A model generated the notes under the pieces. That model was not told the origin of the DNA and did not search any database. It saw nothing but the letters and a program-made list of their open reading frames with translations. From a virus (lineage: Duplodnaviria > Caudoviricetes), in IMG/VR virus record IMGVR_UViG_3300031867_000009, positions 32,001 to 96,000 of that record: a stretch of 64,000 bases of DNA. One strand, 5' to 3'. The number at the start of each line of letters is the position of its first letter. Positions within the stretch are counted from its first letter, which is position 1. Both the position numbers and the translations under genes were made by a program. Below, one piece after another: positions 1 to 8,987 of the stretch.

Positions 1-11
1 CAATATAATTA

Positions 12-203
12 TTAATATGGTTCCATTCCTCTGAGGTTGGGTCTCTCATTGAACTTATCCCACTCTTCAAAAATTTTATCAAAGTTATCCATTTTATTTT
101 TCCACTTTTTTGCTTCATCAATTCTACCCTGCCGATAGCCTTCTTCATAAGCTTGATGCAAACCATCTGCTATATTATTTTCATTACAAGTTATTATTGC
201 CAT
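12..203 (-). CDS. hypothetical protein
   Basis: 63-aa ORF co-oriented with the replication operon. Confidence 0.6.
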   Translation of the reverse strand: MAIITCNENNIADGLHQAYEEGYRQGRIDEAKKWKNKMDNFDKIFEEWDKFNERPNLRGMEPY

Positions 204-214
204 AATTAAAATTC

Positions 215-1099
215 CTATGTAATTAAAAACTGTGATGTTTCTGGACGCAAATCATCTATTGTGATTTTATTTTCATGCCAATATGGAATACGAATTAATG
301 GAATATTATGAGTTTTACAATAAGTAGTTTTTAATTCATCATTTTTTTGTAATTGTTCTAATGAATAATTATTCCATCCTGCTCCACCCCAATGCTGACG
401 ACCATCAAATTCAATACAATAATTATTATTAACATAAAAATCAAAACGATAATAATGCCCTTCTAAACCACGCAAATCTGCAAATCCATACTCAGTTTTA
501 AAAGATATATTATTTGTTTTTAAAATATCTGCGATTTTTCTTTCTCCTGGGGTGGTTCTTAAACATCCACAAGATTTAACCTTATTATGTGTTAAATCAA
601 CCGTTTTTACTTCTTTTAAATTACCGCAATCACACTTGCAGAGCCAATATAACTGTCCATTTTTTCTTCTTGATACTTTAATAGCGGTAAGTTTTCCAAA
701 ACGCTTATTGGTTAAGTCATATTTTGGGGTTAAATCTTGAAGCATACATCCACAAGATTTCACTTGACCGCTGGTTAAATTACCACTACGAACCCAAGTT
801 TCTTTACCACATTCACACTTACATTTCCAATATATTATGCCATTATAAGATTTATATTCATCTAAAACAGTTAATTTTCCATACTTTTCTCCTACTCTAT
901 TCTTACGTAAAATAGCACTTTTACATTCTTTACATTGAGTAATATCACCGGAACGTAATCTTTTACCTAATACATCTCTGTAATTACCACATTCGCATTG
1001 ACAGTGCCACATTGCTCCGTCTTTTTTAGGATTATCTATTTTATACAATACTGTTAATTTACCATATTTATTTCCAGTTTCATCTTTATAATTTGGCAT
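215..1099 (-). CDS. free-standing putative homing endonuclease (Cys-rich repeats + PD-(D/E)xK/Vsr-like nuclease domain)
   Basis: three GKLTV..W.C.C.CG..SCGC repeats; C-terminal GE..I...L / RFDF / IEFDGRQH / LIRIPYW motifs. Confidence 0.75.
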   Translation of the reverse strand: MPNYKDETGNKYGKLTVLYKIDNPKKDGAMWHCQCECGNYRDVLGKRLRSGDITQCKECKSAILRKNRVGEKYGKLTVLDEYKSYNGIIYWKCKCECGKETWVRSGNLTSGQVKSCGCMLQDLTPKYDLTNKRFGKLTAIKVSRRKNGQLYWLCKCDCGNLKEVKTVDLTHNKVKSCGCLRTTPGERKIADILKTNNISFKTEYGFADLRGLEGHYYRFDFYVNNNYCIEFDGRQHWGGAGWNNYSLEQLQKNDELKTTYCKTHNIPLIRIPYWHENKITIDDLRPETSQFLIT

Positions 1100-1101
1100 A
1101 A

Positions 1102-2859
1102 TTAAAACCCCAATGTTCCGTCTTCAATCTGATAATTGCTTATAAAGATTTGAGGTGTCGCATATCCACCCCAATAATTCACATTTGCTCTGCCAACAAC
1201 TTCTAATTTAATCTCACCTGGATACTTACCAAGCTCCTCAATCATATCTTTTGCATGGAACTTCATATAAGCAATTCCAAACTTTTCAATTTTAACCGTT
1301 GAATTGTCTTTACCCATAACTCTAATATCATTCTTTGTGATATTAATATCCTTAATATGAATTAAAGGTTCGTTGTTTTGTTGGCCCCACAGGTCATCAT
1401 GGTTGGCTATATCTACAATTAAATTTTCTATGTCGCTGTCTGCGGCGATGCGCTCAAAGTTTACTTCATACCATGATTCACCAAAATCCATATTGGCAAG
1501 TTCCTTATTCGCATATTCATGGAAAGCTGCGAGATTTTTATCTAAAATACCTATACCACATGCGTTATCATGGCCCGCAGTGAAAGTGAAATAACCGCTA
1601 TTATCCATGAAGTTCTTAAAAGACGTAAGTTCCGATTCATTTAAACCTCTACTTGACCCTTTGATTTCTCCCTCATTATTTAGTCTTGCAACAATAGTCG
1701 GCTTCTTATACTTTGCTGAAAGCTTCATAGCTACAAGTCCATTTAATTCCGGAGGAAATTGGTCATCTTCTTCTAATCTAACAAACAATATTTTATTTTC
1801 AAGCAAGTCATGCTTTGCTATTTTAATTTCTAATTCTTCAACAGCCTTATCAAGTATGCGATTTTGTTTTGCTCTTGCATTTGTGCATTCGCGCGCCGAC
1901 TCAATAGCGACCTCTTCGAATGTTCCCTTAGCTCCGCGTTTGTGAGATTCAACCAGTGCGTGTCCGTCGATAAAGGCTTGGAAACAGCGTTGCTTTTCGT
2001 CTTCGGCGCCCGCGCGAATCATTGCATTGATAAGTGGGGTTATATAAAAGGCAACGCTAATTGGATTGACTTTACCGCCCATTGAGAAAGATTGTTTTTC
2101 ACACAAAGCTTTAAAGAAATAGTTATTTATATTATTAAGACCCGTATGAACGATATATCTGTTTTCAAGCGATAGCATCGACATCATATCACTTATAATA
2201 CCAAGTGCTGCGAGGTCAATATATTCGTCGGCATAAGATGTAGCCATATGCCTATCTATATATCTACAAAATTGCCATGTAACCCCAGCGCCACAAAGGT
2301 CTTTATTTTTATAATTTGGAGATAGTTGATTATTTACAATCGCTGCACGGTCACAGAATTTTGTATCTGGCTCTACTATGTGGTGGTCAAGAATTAAAAA
2401 GCTTGGTATTACATTGCCTTCTCTTTCCATTATTAACTTTTCCATATACTCATAGTCATTACTACCAGCATCAGGTAATACAACATATGATGGACAGGTG
2501 TTAAATACATCCTCATAGGTGTCTGAAAGTCCGTGACCTTTACCTTTGTGAAGTATTGGAACTATATTTACTTCTTGATTAAATTTACGTAGATACTGTA
2601 TGAAAATTGCGGCCGAAGTAAATCCGTCTACATCACTATCTACAACCACAGCTATTGTTTCATCTTTTGTAGCTTGAGTCATAAGTATAAATAATGTTCG
2701 AGCTTGGTCGATATTATCTAATAGGGTAGGGTCTTCAAGATAACTATCATCTGGCACGTCAAGAAAATATTGAAGTTCCTCGGGGCTAAGCCCACGTTCC
2801 ATTAAAAGTTCATTGGTATAATTCTCTCTTATATCTTTATTAACTAACTTTGTCTTCAT
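1102..2859 (-). CDS. recJ: RecJ-like DHH ssDNA exonuclease
   Basis: DSDVDG, LDHH, DLCGAGV, SDMM and AGHDNACG motifs of DHH/DHHA1 family. Confidence 0.9.
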   Translation of the reverse strand: MKTKLVNKDIRENYTNELLMERGLSPEELQYFLDVPDDSYLEDPTLLDNIDQARTLFILMTQATKDETIAVVVDSDVDGFTSAAIFIQYLRKFNQEVNIVPILHKGKGHGLSDTYEDVFNTCPSYVVLPDAGSNDYEYMEKLIMEREGNVIPSFLILDHHIVEPDTKFCDRAAIVNNQLSPNYKNKDLCGAGVTWQFCRYIDRHMATSYADEYIDLAALGIISDMMSMLSLENRYIVHTGLNNINNYFFKALCEKQSFSMGGKVNPISVAFYITPLINAMIRAGAEDEKQRCFQAFIDGHALVESHKRGAKGTFEEVAIESARECTNARAKQNRILDKAVEELEIKIAKHDLLENKILFVRLEEDDQFPPELNGLVAMKLSAKYKKPTIVARLNNEGEIKGSSRGLNESELTSFKNFMDNSGYFTFTAGHDNACGIGILDKNLAAFHEYANKELANMDFGESWYEVNFERIAADSDIENLIVDIANHDDLWGQQNNEPLIHIKDINITKNDIRVMGKDNSTVKIEKFGIAYMKFHAKDMIEELGKYPGEIKLEVVGRANVNYWGGYATPQIFISNYQIEDGTLGF

Positions 2860-2869
2860 CTATTTCTCC

Positions 2870-3076
2870 TTAAAAGAACAATCCTTTGTCCCAATCTACT
2901 TCTTTAATTTCACTATGAACTAATGCACTATTAATTACAGCTAAATTTTCTAATATTGACCCTGCGGCATTAACTCCGCTTTCAGAGTCTATTTCTTTAA
3001 TAAGCGAACCAAGTGCAAGTTGAATATCTATTATAGCATCTGATAAGTGTTGTTTTTGTTTTTCTGTAATAATCAT
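2870..3076 (-). CDS. hypothetical protein
   Basis: 68-aa ORF, ATGA-coupled to primase stop. Confidence 0.65.
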   Translation of the reverse strand: MIITEKQKQHLSDAIIDIQLALGSLIKEIDSESGVNAAGSILENLAVINSALVHSEIKEVDWDKGLFF

Positions 3077-4125
3077 TTTACCTTTACTCTCTTTCTATAT
3101 AACTTCCAAAACACTTCACTTCCTTTATCCGTCGGTGAATCTTTCATATCCAATAAGTTTTCTCTATCATATATAAATGAAAAATCAGCATAGTTAGAAT
3201 ATTTTTTCCCTATACTCCATAACTTATTAAAATACTCATCACTACCTGGTTTTTCTTCTTTATCAAAACAAATTACAACCTCGCGCGGGTGTGCAGTCTG
3301 CATTAACAATTTCAAAGCATGCTTATTGAACTGACTTCCGCATACAGCGGCCGAGCAGTTCGCGAAGTCAAAACCTTCAAACTGTAAGCAACTTTTCTCT
3401 GCTTCAAATAAGAAACAAGTGCCAGTTCTTCGGATATTATCTTTTGTTATATTCAATCCATATAGATTCAGTGATAGCGGATGACTATACCACTTACCTT
3501 CTATCTGCACTGGCATATACTTACCCACATTCTCAATCTCCCATTGATTAAGCGCGCGGCCTCGTATGCCTACAAGTTCTCCCTTTGGATTATAATGCGG
3601 TATTATAATCTTATTCTGTGGCACCGAATAGCGTATATTAAATTTTTCCATACTCTTTTTAGTAATGCCATCGTTTAACCACTCCGGAGGATAGAACTTC
3701 GTAAATACATCTATAATACCATTTGGATATGTTGGCAATTCCACACGCTCGGGCGCAGCGTATGTATCACGTATACGCTGATACTTCTGCGGCGTGAACC
3801 CGAAGTTAGGATTATAATTACTACAATCAAGAATTACCTTATATATATCTTGATACCAATCATAGTCATAATTTCTTGTTTCATAATAATTTTTTAGTAA
3901 TTGAAAGATAGTTTGATTTCCGCAATTTGTATAGCAGGTAAATATATGACTATTTTCATAGTAGTAAAGTTTCATAGATGCTTCACTTGCATCTTCATTA
4001 TGACAGATAGTAGGAAAAATTATATAACCTGGTTTTTCGATATAGTCTTCTGCACCGAGTGTTTGCATCAATTGAATGACTTTATGAGTATCTAATTGTT
4101 CAACTATACTTTTATAATCAATCAA
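3073..4125 (-). CDS. DNA primase (Zn-binding + TOPRIM)
   Basis: CHN...CYTNCG Zn motif, IIIPH..GELVGIRGR, LYGLN, FEAEKS, CFD; adjacent to helicase. Confidence 0.8.
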   Translation of the reverse strand: MIDYKSIVEQLDTHKVIQLMQTLGAEDYIEKPGYIIFPTICHNEDASEASMKLYYYENSHIFTCYTNCGNQTIFQLLKNYYETRNYDYDWYQDIYKVILDCSNYNPNFGFTPQKYQRIRDTYAAPERVELPTYPNGIIDVFTKFYPPEWLNDGITKKSMEKFNIRYSVPQNKIIIPHYNPKGELVGIRGRALNQWEIENVGKYMPVQIEGKWYSHPLSLNLYGLNITKDNIRRTGTCFLFEAEKSCLQFEGFDFANCSAAVCGSQFNKHALKLLMQTAHPREVVICFDKEEKPGSDEYFNKLWSIGKKYSNYADFSFIYDRENLLDMKDSPTDKGSEVFWKLYRKRVKVK

Positions 4126-5689
4126 TTATCTCACCTTGATTTAACCTTTCTACTATTACATTTATATGTTCATCTTCTGAATCTTCCCAACTCTTAATAT
4201 TATATTCAATTCGTGAATTAAAATTATCAATTGGGTCCATTCGTGAATCAGTTATAAACAAATCTCTTTTCTTTAAAGTTCCTAAGTTCATATCAGACCA
4301 AATACGAACCTGTGTCCATTCACCACTTCTAACTTTAAATATATCAGTGACCAAGTTTGGTTTATTCTCTGGATTATTTTCATACAGCGGCGCAAGTATT
4401 TCTAATTCTTCTTTTGTCGGTCTTGCCATTACAGCACCATTATCTGCTTTATTAATTGTGCTGCGGCCGCCCGCAAGAGTTCCTTCATTTCTTATATCTT
4501 TATTATCATCACCTTTTGCATTTAATTGTGTTGAAGTAAACATTGCTACATCTAATTCAACTGCTAAATCTTTCAGCGCCGTAGCAAACATTAACAATAC
4601 TTCATCGTTTCTCAAAGCAAAACCTTTAAACTCATTTAATAACGATGGTCCAATAAATATATAGTCATAAAATACATAACCTATATCATAAATAATACAA
4701 TTCTCTCTTACAATTGTTTTAACCGACTCAATTGTTGGGTTCGGCATTTTTACGAGAATTAAATTGTTATATTTTTCCATTAAATGAATCGCCTGCGTGA
4801 TAACTGCGCGCTCTCTATCAGAGAAATCTGCATATTTAAATCTTGTGGCATTTATATCTGTTAAGTAAGCTAAAATCATTGTTCTAACTTCTTTAAATCT
4901 CTGCTCGGTTACGATAAATAGAACCTTTTCGCTATTACCTTCTTGTTCCCAGCTACAAGTTGTGCTGTTATATCTAAAAGGATAGGCTAAATAACAAGCA
5001 TCAGCTACTGCGTTTCTTGTCTTTCCCACACCACTGGCCGCAGACCTAATCGTCAAAGTGCCTTTCTTTGCTCCATCAATTACCTGATTATATATCGCAC
5101 CCTGAACCGGCATACCAATTTCATATGCTGCTCCGAACTCATCAACCAATGTTGCCATTCCTTTTGCGGCGGCTTCAATTTCTATTTCATCGGTTGTTTC
5201 ATATTTAGCTTCTACTCCTAATAACTTTTTTCTTACTGCGTCAGTTATCAGTTTCGGACTTAACATATTAAATGCTTGATTTATCTCATCTGCTTTTGGA
5301 TTTGCTAAGTCTTCACAATAGAACTCACTTGTATCAAAACCTTGCTTCTTTAAGTCTTTCAATAAATTGAACATCTTAAATCTATTATAATAGAAATCAA
5401 AGTTATCAACTTCTGATAGTTCTACTATATCCTGCAGATATTCAATTCCATTCTTATCCTTAAATAATTTCGCAGATACTTGGTCTGGTTCTATAAAGTT
5501 CTCTATATCAATAGGTTGTATTTTTGTTGCTCCATTCTTATACAACCCATTTATTGCCATAAATATTGACCGTTCAAATCTTGAAGGAAAATCAGTTAAG
5601 ATAAATGAGTACTTATCAATCTCACTTAATAACTGCGGTTTCTTCATTAAACAGCCGAGTATTTGTTGAGTATCTCGTTTATCAATCAT
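4118..5689 (-). CDS. dnaB: replicative DnaB-like helicase
   Basis: Walker A AASGVGKT, FYDYI, TSTQLN, KVRSG motifs. Confidence 0.85.
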   Translation of the reverse strand: MIDKRDTQQILGCLMKKPQLLSEIDKYSFILTDFPSRFERSIFMAINGLYKNGATKIQPIDIENFIEPDQVSAKLFKDKNGIEYLQDIVELSEVDNFDFYYNRFKMFNLLKDLKKQGFDTSEFYCEDLANPKADEINQAFNMLSPKLITDAVRKKLLGVEAKYETTDEIEIEAAAKGMATLVDEFGAAYEIGMPVQGAIYNQVIDGAKKGTLTIRSAASGVGKTRNAVADACYLAYPFRYNSTTCSWEQEGNSEKVLFIVTEQRFKEVRTMILAYLTDINATRFKYADFSDRERAVITQAIHLMEKYNNLILVKMPNPTIESVKTIVRENCIIYDIGYVFYDYIFIGPSLLNEFKGFALRNDEVLLMFATALKDLAVELDVAMFTSTQLNAKGDDNKDIRNEGTLAGGRSTINKADNGAVMARPTKEELEILAPLYENNPENKPNLVTDIFKVRSGEWTQVRIWSDMNLGTLKKRDLFITDSRMDPIDNFNSRIEYNIKSWEDSEDEHINVIVERLNQGEIID

Positions 5690-6020
5690 CTTCCCACTCT
5701 TGTTTTCTAAAAATTTCTATAGCTTCTTCTACTGAGTTAGCATCGAAACTTCTTGTCCAATAACAAGAACCAATAGGTATTTTATTATAATGTTCTTTGA
5801 CAACTTTAAAACCACCATCAAATGGACGTTTTGGATTATAAATACTACTATGACCCAATTGAATTCCGTATGCTATTAATGTTGTATCTTTATAATATTC
5901 TGCACCATACCAGCCACAAAAATTTCCTTCGCCTACCCAGTTTTCTTTATCAAAAAGTCCTATACATTCATGTTCCCAATCGGATTCACTTATATGTACT
6001 TCATTTATATAAAAAGTCAT
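5682..6020 (-). CDS. hypothetical protein
   Basis: 112-aa ORF overlapping neighbours at both ends. Confidence 0.65.
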   Translation of the reverse strand: MTFYINEVHISESDWEHECIGLFDKENWVGEGNFCGWYGAEYYKDTTLIAYGIQLGHSSIYNPKRPFDGGFKVVKEHYNKIPIGSCYWTRSFDANSVEEAIEIFRKQEWEDD

Positions 6021-6535
6021 TCTTCGTCCTCCAAATCGTCTAACACGCTAAAATCAATTGTATATTTAGGTTTTGTTTCATGTCTTTGTATACGCACTTT
6101 CTTTCTTGCTGCAGCTTCGCGCATCTGACGTTCAATCTCTGCGATTGTTCCAGCTGACCTACGTTCACGCGCGGCCCAGTATGCACATGAATCATTATAT
6201 ACAAAAGGAATTATACCAATTCCTCCGTGTCCCTTTTCCCAATCACCATGTTTTACTTCATAAAAATATTTCAACGCAAATAAGATGCCCTTATTGGTCA
6301 TCTTCTCTTTCAAAAACTTTTTACGTTGTGCTTCACATACCCAATAATCATATGTGACTTTGAGGTCGCGCGCGATGAAGTCATAAATTAAATCAACATA
6401 TGCTTCATCATTATCAGGTTGTGCTTTCTTCCAATTTTCATAACACTTCCTATGGTAATAGTAATTTTTGCTGGGCATTACCCAGTCGTCTTTTTCTTTA
6501 TTAATTTCAATTTTACATAATCTACATTGTGCCAT
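6017..6535 (-). CDS. Zn-finger-containing hypothetical protein (possible helicase loader/accessory)
   Basis: CxxC...HxxC at N-terminus; SD AAGGAG; first gene after promoter. Confidence 0.6.
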   Translation of the reverse strand: MAQCRLCKIEINKEKDDWVMPSKNYYYHRKCYENWKKAQPDNDEAYVDLIYDFIARDLKVTYDYWVCEAQRKKFLKEKMTNKGILFALKYFYEVKHGDWEKGHGGIGIIPFVYNDSCAYWAARERRSAGTIAEIERQMREAAARKKVRIQRHETKPKYTIDFSVLDDLEDEE

Positions 6536-6560
6536 AAAAGTCTCCTTTCTTCCTAATTAT

Positions 6561-6589
6561 ATTATATCAGAAAAATAAAAGTTTGTCAA
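6561..6589 (-). promoter_or_regulatory. sigmaA-type promoter
   Basis: aaatTTGACA-17-TATAAT with extended TG. Confidence 0.85.
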
Positions 6590-6593
6590 ATTT

Positions 6594-6620
6594 AAAAACG
6601 CACCCTTTTGGATGCGTTTT
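6594..6620 (-). terminator. intrinsic terminator
   Basis: aaaacgca/tgcgtttt hairpin with T-run on minus strand, just after Sak4-like gene stop. Confidence 0.7.
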
Positions 6621-6624
6621 AAAC

Positions 6625-7593
6625 TTACTTAACCATATCTCTCATTTCAAGTAATACGAGGAAGAAAGGTTCTTTTTGGTCTTCGGTAATCTCTGACAGC
6701 TTCAGTTTTCTTCCGAAAATCATTTCAACTTTCTTCAGAACCTTTTCCGCGTTGGCAGGGTCTGCATTTACGAGTTTAGCCCAAATCTTTTGAGCCTCGT
6801 CTCTAATTTCTTCAAAGTTAAGTTCTTCTTCTGTTTTTCTTTCAAGCTTATCTACTACTGTCGCGCCATCTAAGTCTCTCTGTTTATCAATAGCTTCATT
6901 TATTGCTGCAACCAATTCATCATAGCCAAGTTTAATTTTCGGCGCAAGATATGGGAATCGACTGCCCGCCATAACGGTCGGTGTCTGTCTAGTATATAGC
7001 CATCTCTGACTATTACCATCATCGTCCCATTCAGTAGCGATATATCCTATAATGTCTACAATTTGATTTACAACTTCATAACAACGCTTCGGCATTGATG
7101 GTGCGAGAATCTCAATTTCACTATCATCAGCAGTCTTTTCTTTTCTAGTTTCAATATGTGAAATCAGAACTAGACCATAATTAAGCATTGTTATTTTTCT
7201 TAAACATGATTCAAATTCTTTCTTTACGAGTGTCCATCCCTGACCCCAAGGAATATCACGGATTGATTGAACTCCATTCTGACTACATACAAACTGTTCA
7301 CACATTTCATATGCAATCGTTGTAGTATCAATCGTAATCGTATCATACATCGCCTGAGCTTCCGGTTTCTCTAATTGCCTTAAAATCTGGCGGAACTCTG
7401 ACCATTTATTAACGTCAACAGCCTTAATTCCATCAATGGCATTATAACCTTTCTCAAAAGCAATTAAAAGATTTTTAGGAAAACGGGAAGCCATTGTGGT
7501 TTTCCCTGTCTTCGGCTTCCCGTATAATAACAAATATTTACCTTTCAAATCTCTTGAAATTACCGTAGGCTCAATGGATAAAATATCAATCAT
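6625..7593 (-). CDS. Sak4-like AAA ATPase (phage recombinase)
   Basis: YGKPKTGKTT Walker A, IDT, LISH motifs; paired with SSB-like gene. Confidence 0.75.
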   Translation of the reverse strand: MIDILSIEPTVISRDLKGKYLLLYGKPKTGKTTMASRFPKNLLIAFEKGYNAIDGIKAVDVNKWSEFRQILRQLEKPEAQAMYDTITIDTTTIAYEMCEQFVCSQNGVQSIRDIPWGQGWTLVKKEFESCLRKITMLNYGLVLISHIETRKEKTADDSEIEILAPSMPKRCYEVVNQIVDIIGYIATEWDDDGNSQRWLYTRQTPTVMAGSRFPYLAPKIKLGYDELVAAINEAIDKQRDLDGATVVDKLERKTEEELNFEEIRDEAQKIWAKLVNADPANAEKVLKKVEMIFGRKLKLSEITEDQKEPFFLVLLEMRDMVK

Positions 7594-7607
7594 TGAAGCC
7601 TACCTCC

Positions 7608-8525
7608 TTAAAATCCAAGGTCTGTGAATCCATTCTTTGATGTCTTTGGCGGAGTCTGCTTAGAAGCCGCTCTTGACATATCCTTATCTTTCTGCTTTTC
7701 AAGTTTCAGTTTTCTCTCAGCAAGAGCTTCCTGGATTTCCGCATTGTCGTATGCAAAATCACCTTCAAGTGCTGTCTGCGAACCACCAGTGATGATAAGG
7801 TCGCTTCTGTTGACAGTTCTTGTCTTTTCAATTGGCTCACCAAAATCAACTTCCTCAATAATTGTTTCAGTTGTAGCTGAGAAGTCAAGTCTTCCATTAG
7901 CCTTTACTGTGTCGCCAATCTCCCAATACTCAGAAACTGCGCTGATGACTCCTGGACTCTGTGCATACATAGGAACAACATCAACCTTTCCACCATACTG
8001 CGGAATGATTGCATCGATTCTATATCTGCCCGTAGGCTCACCATTTCTATCAAGTTCTTCTGACTTATTTGCAACTACAAACTCAGTAGTATAAGTAGCT
8101 TCTGGCTTGCAATCGCCTTTGTTAATCTTCTGAACGAATGAAGCATTAACGCGTGGGAAAGATACGAGTCTTCCATCCTGACTATAATACTCATTCATAC
8201 GAATACTTCCGCTTGTGATACGAATTCTATCAGCTCCGTCTTCACCATTCTCTGATGCGGCGATGCTTGTATACTCGTCCATAATCTTCTTAATGGAGTC
8301 ATATGCTGGGTTAGGTGTACCCTTATTTGTCAGCTTCGAAGCGAACATATGAACTGGAATAGCCAGTTCTTTCTCTTCTCCACTAATCTTCTGGATTACC
8401 TTAACGATAATCGAACCTCCAATTGATTCAACCGTCTGTCCATTCTTAACAAATGAACCCGGCTTAATATCAACCTCTGCGAGAACTCCTTCAATTTTAC
8501 ATCTGTTTTCTGCCTGTCTTAACAT
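7608..8525 (-). CDS. putative single-stranded DNA-binding protein
   Basis: beta-rich OB-fold-like sequence, C-terminal tail ending FTDLGF, upstream of Sak4-like gene. Confidence 0.55.
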   Translation of the reverse strand: MLRQAENRCKIEGVLAEVDIKPGSFVKNGQTVESIGGSIIVKVIQKISGEEKELAIPVHMFASKLTNKGTPNPAYDSIKKIMDEYTSIAASENGEDGADRIRITSGSIRMNEYYSQDGRLVSFPRVNASFVQKINKGDCKPEATYTTEFVVANKSEELDRNGEPTGRYRIDAIIPQYGGKVDVVPMYAQSPGVISAVSEYWEIGDTVKANGRLDFSATTETIIEEVDFGEPIEKTRTVNRSDLIITGGSQTALEGDFAYDNAEIQEALAERKLKLEKQKDKDMSRAASKQTPPKTSKNGFTDLGF

Positions 8526-8585
8526 TTAATTTTCTCCTGTTTGTCTAGTTCTGTTTGTTCAGTTTGTTTAAAAAGAATAAATAAT

Positions 8586-8607
8586 GGAGGGTTTTTATCA
8601 ACCCTCC
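8586..8607 (-). terminator. probable terminator hairpin
   Basis: ggagggtt/aaccctcc stem after 8615..8866 gene. Confidence 0.5.
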
Positions 8608-8614
8608 TATTTAA

Positions 8615-8866
8615 TTACTCCTCGTCCTCGCTTGGAACAAAAGTTTTACCTGCATCTGTCAGAACTACGTATGTGATTGGCTTCTCTGCGCCTTCAACCT
8701 CAACCTTTTCTCTTGCTGCGAGACCCTTCTTTGTGAGGTCAGTTACGTTAGCGCCTACCGAACGCTCTGTTCTGTCAAGTGCCTGTGCAAGCTCAGGAAT
8801 GGAAACCTTTCCGCCATTAGCCTTTACATACTCAAATACTTCATTACTCTTCTCTGTAAGCTTCAT
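8615..8866 (-). CDS. small winged-helix DNA-binding protein
   Basis: ELAQALDRTERSVGANVTDLTKKGL wHTH pattern, LTDAGK. Confidence 0.7.
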   Translation of the reverse strand: MKLTEKSNEVFEYVKANGGKVSIPELAQALDRTERSVGANVTDLTKKGLAAREKVEVEGAEKPITYVVLTDAGKTFVPSEDEE

Positions 8867-8943
8867 AATTTTGTTTTCTCCTTGTTTAAATAAATTTTTA
8901 AATGATTTGTTTTCGCGAAAGTTATCCTTAACTTTCTATAAAT

Positions 8944-8972
8944 ATTATACTAAAATTTTTAATAAAACTCAA
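8944..8972 (-). promoter_or_regulatory. sigmaA-type promoter
   Basis: aaatTTGAGT-17-TATAAT. Confidence 0.7.
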
Positions 8973-8987
8973 ATTTTAACTCTCTGA

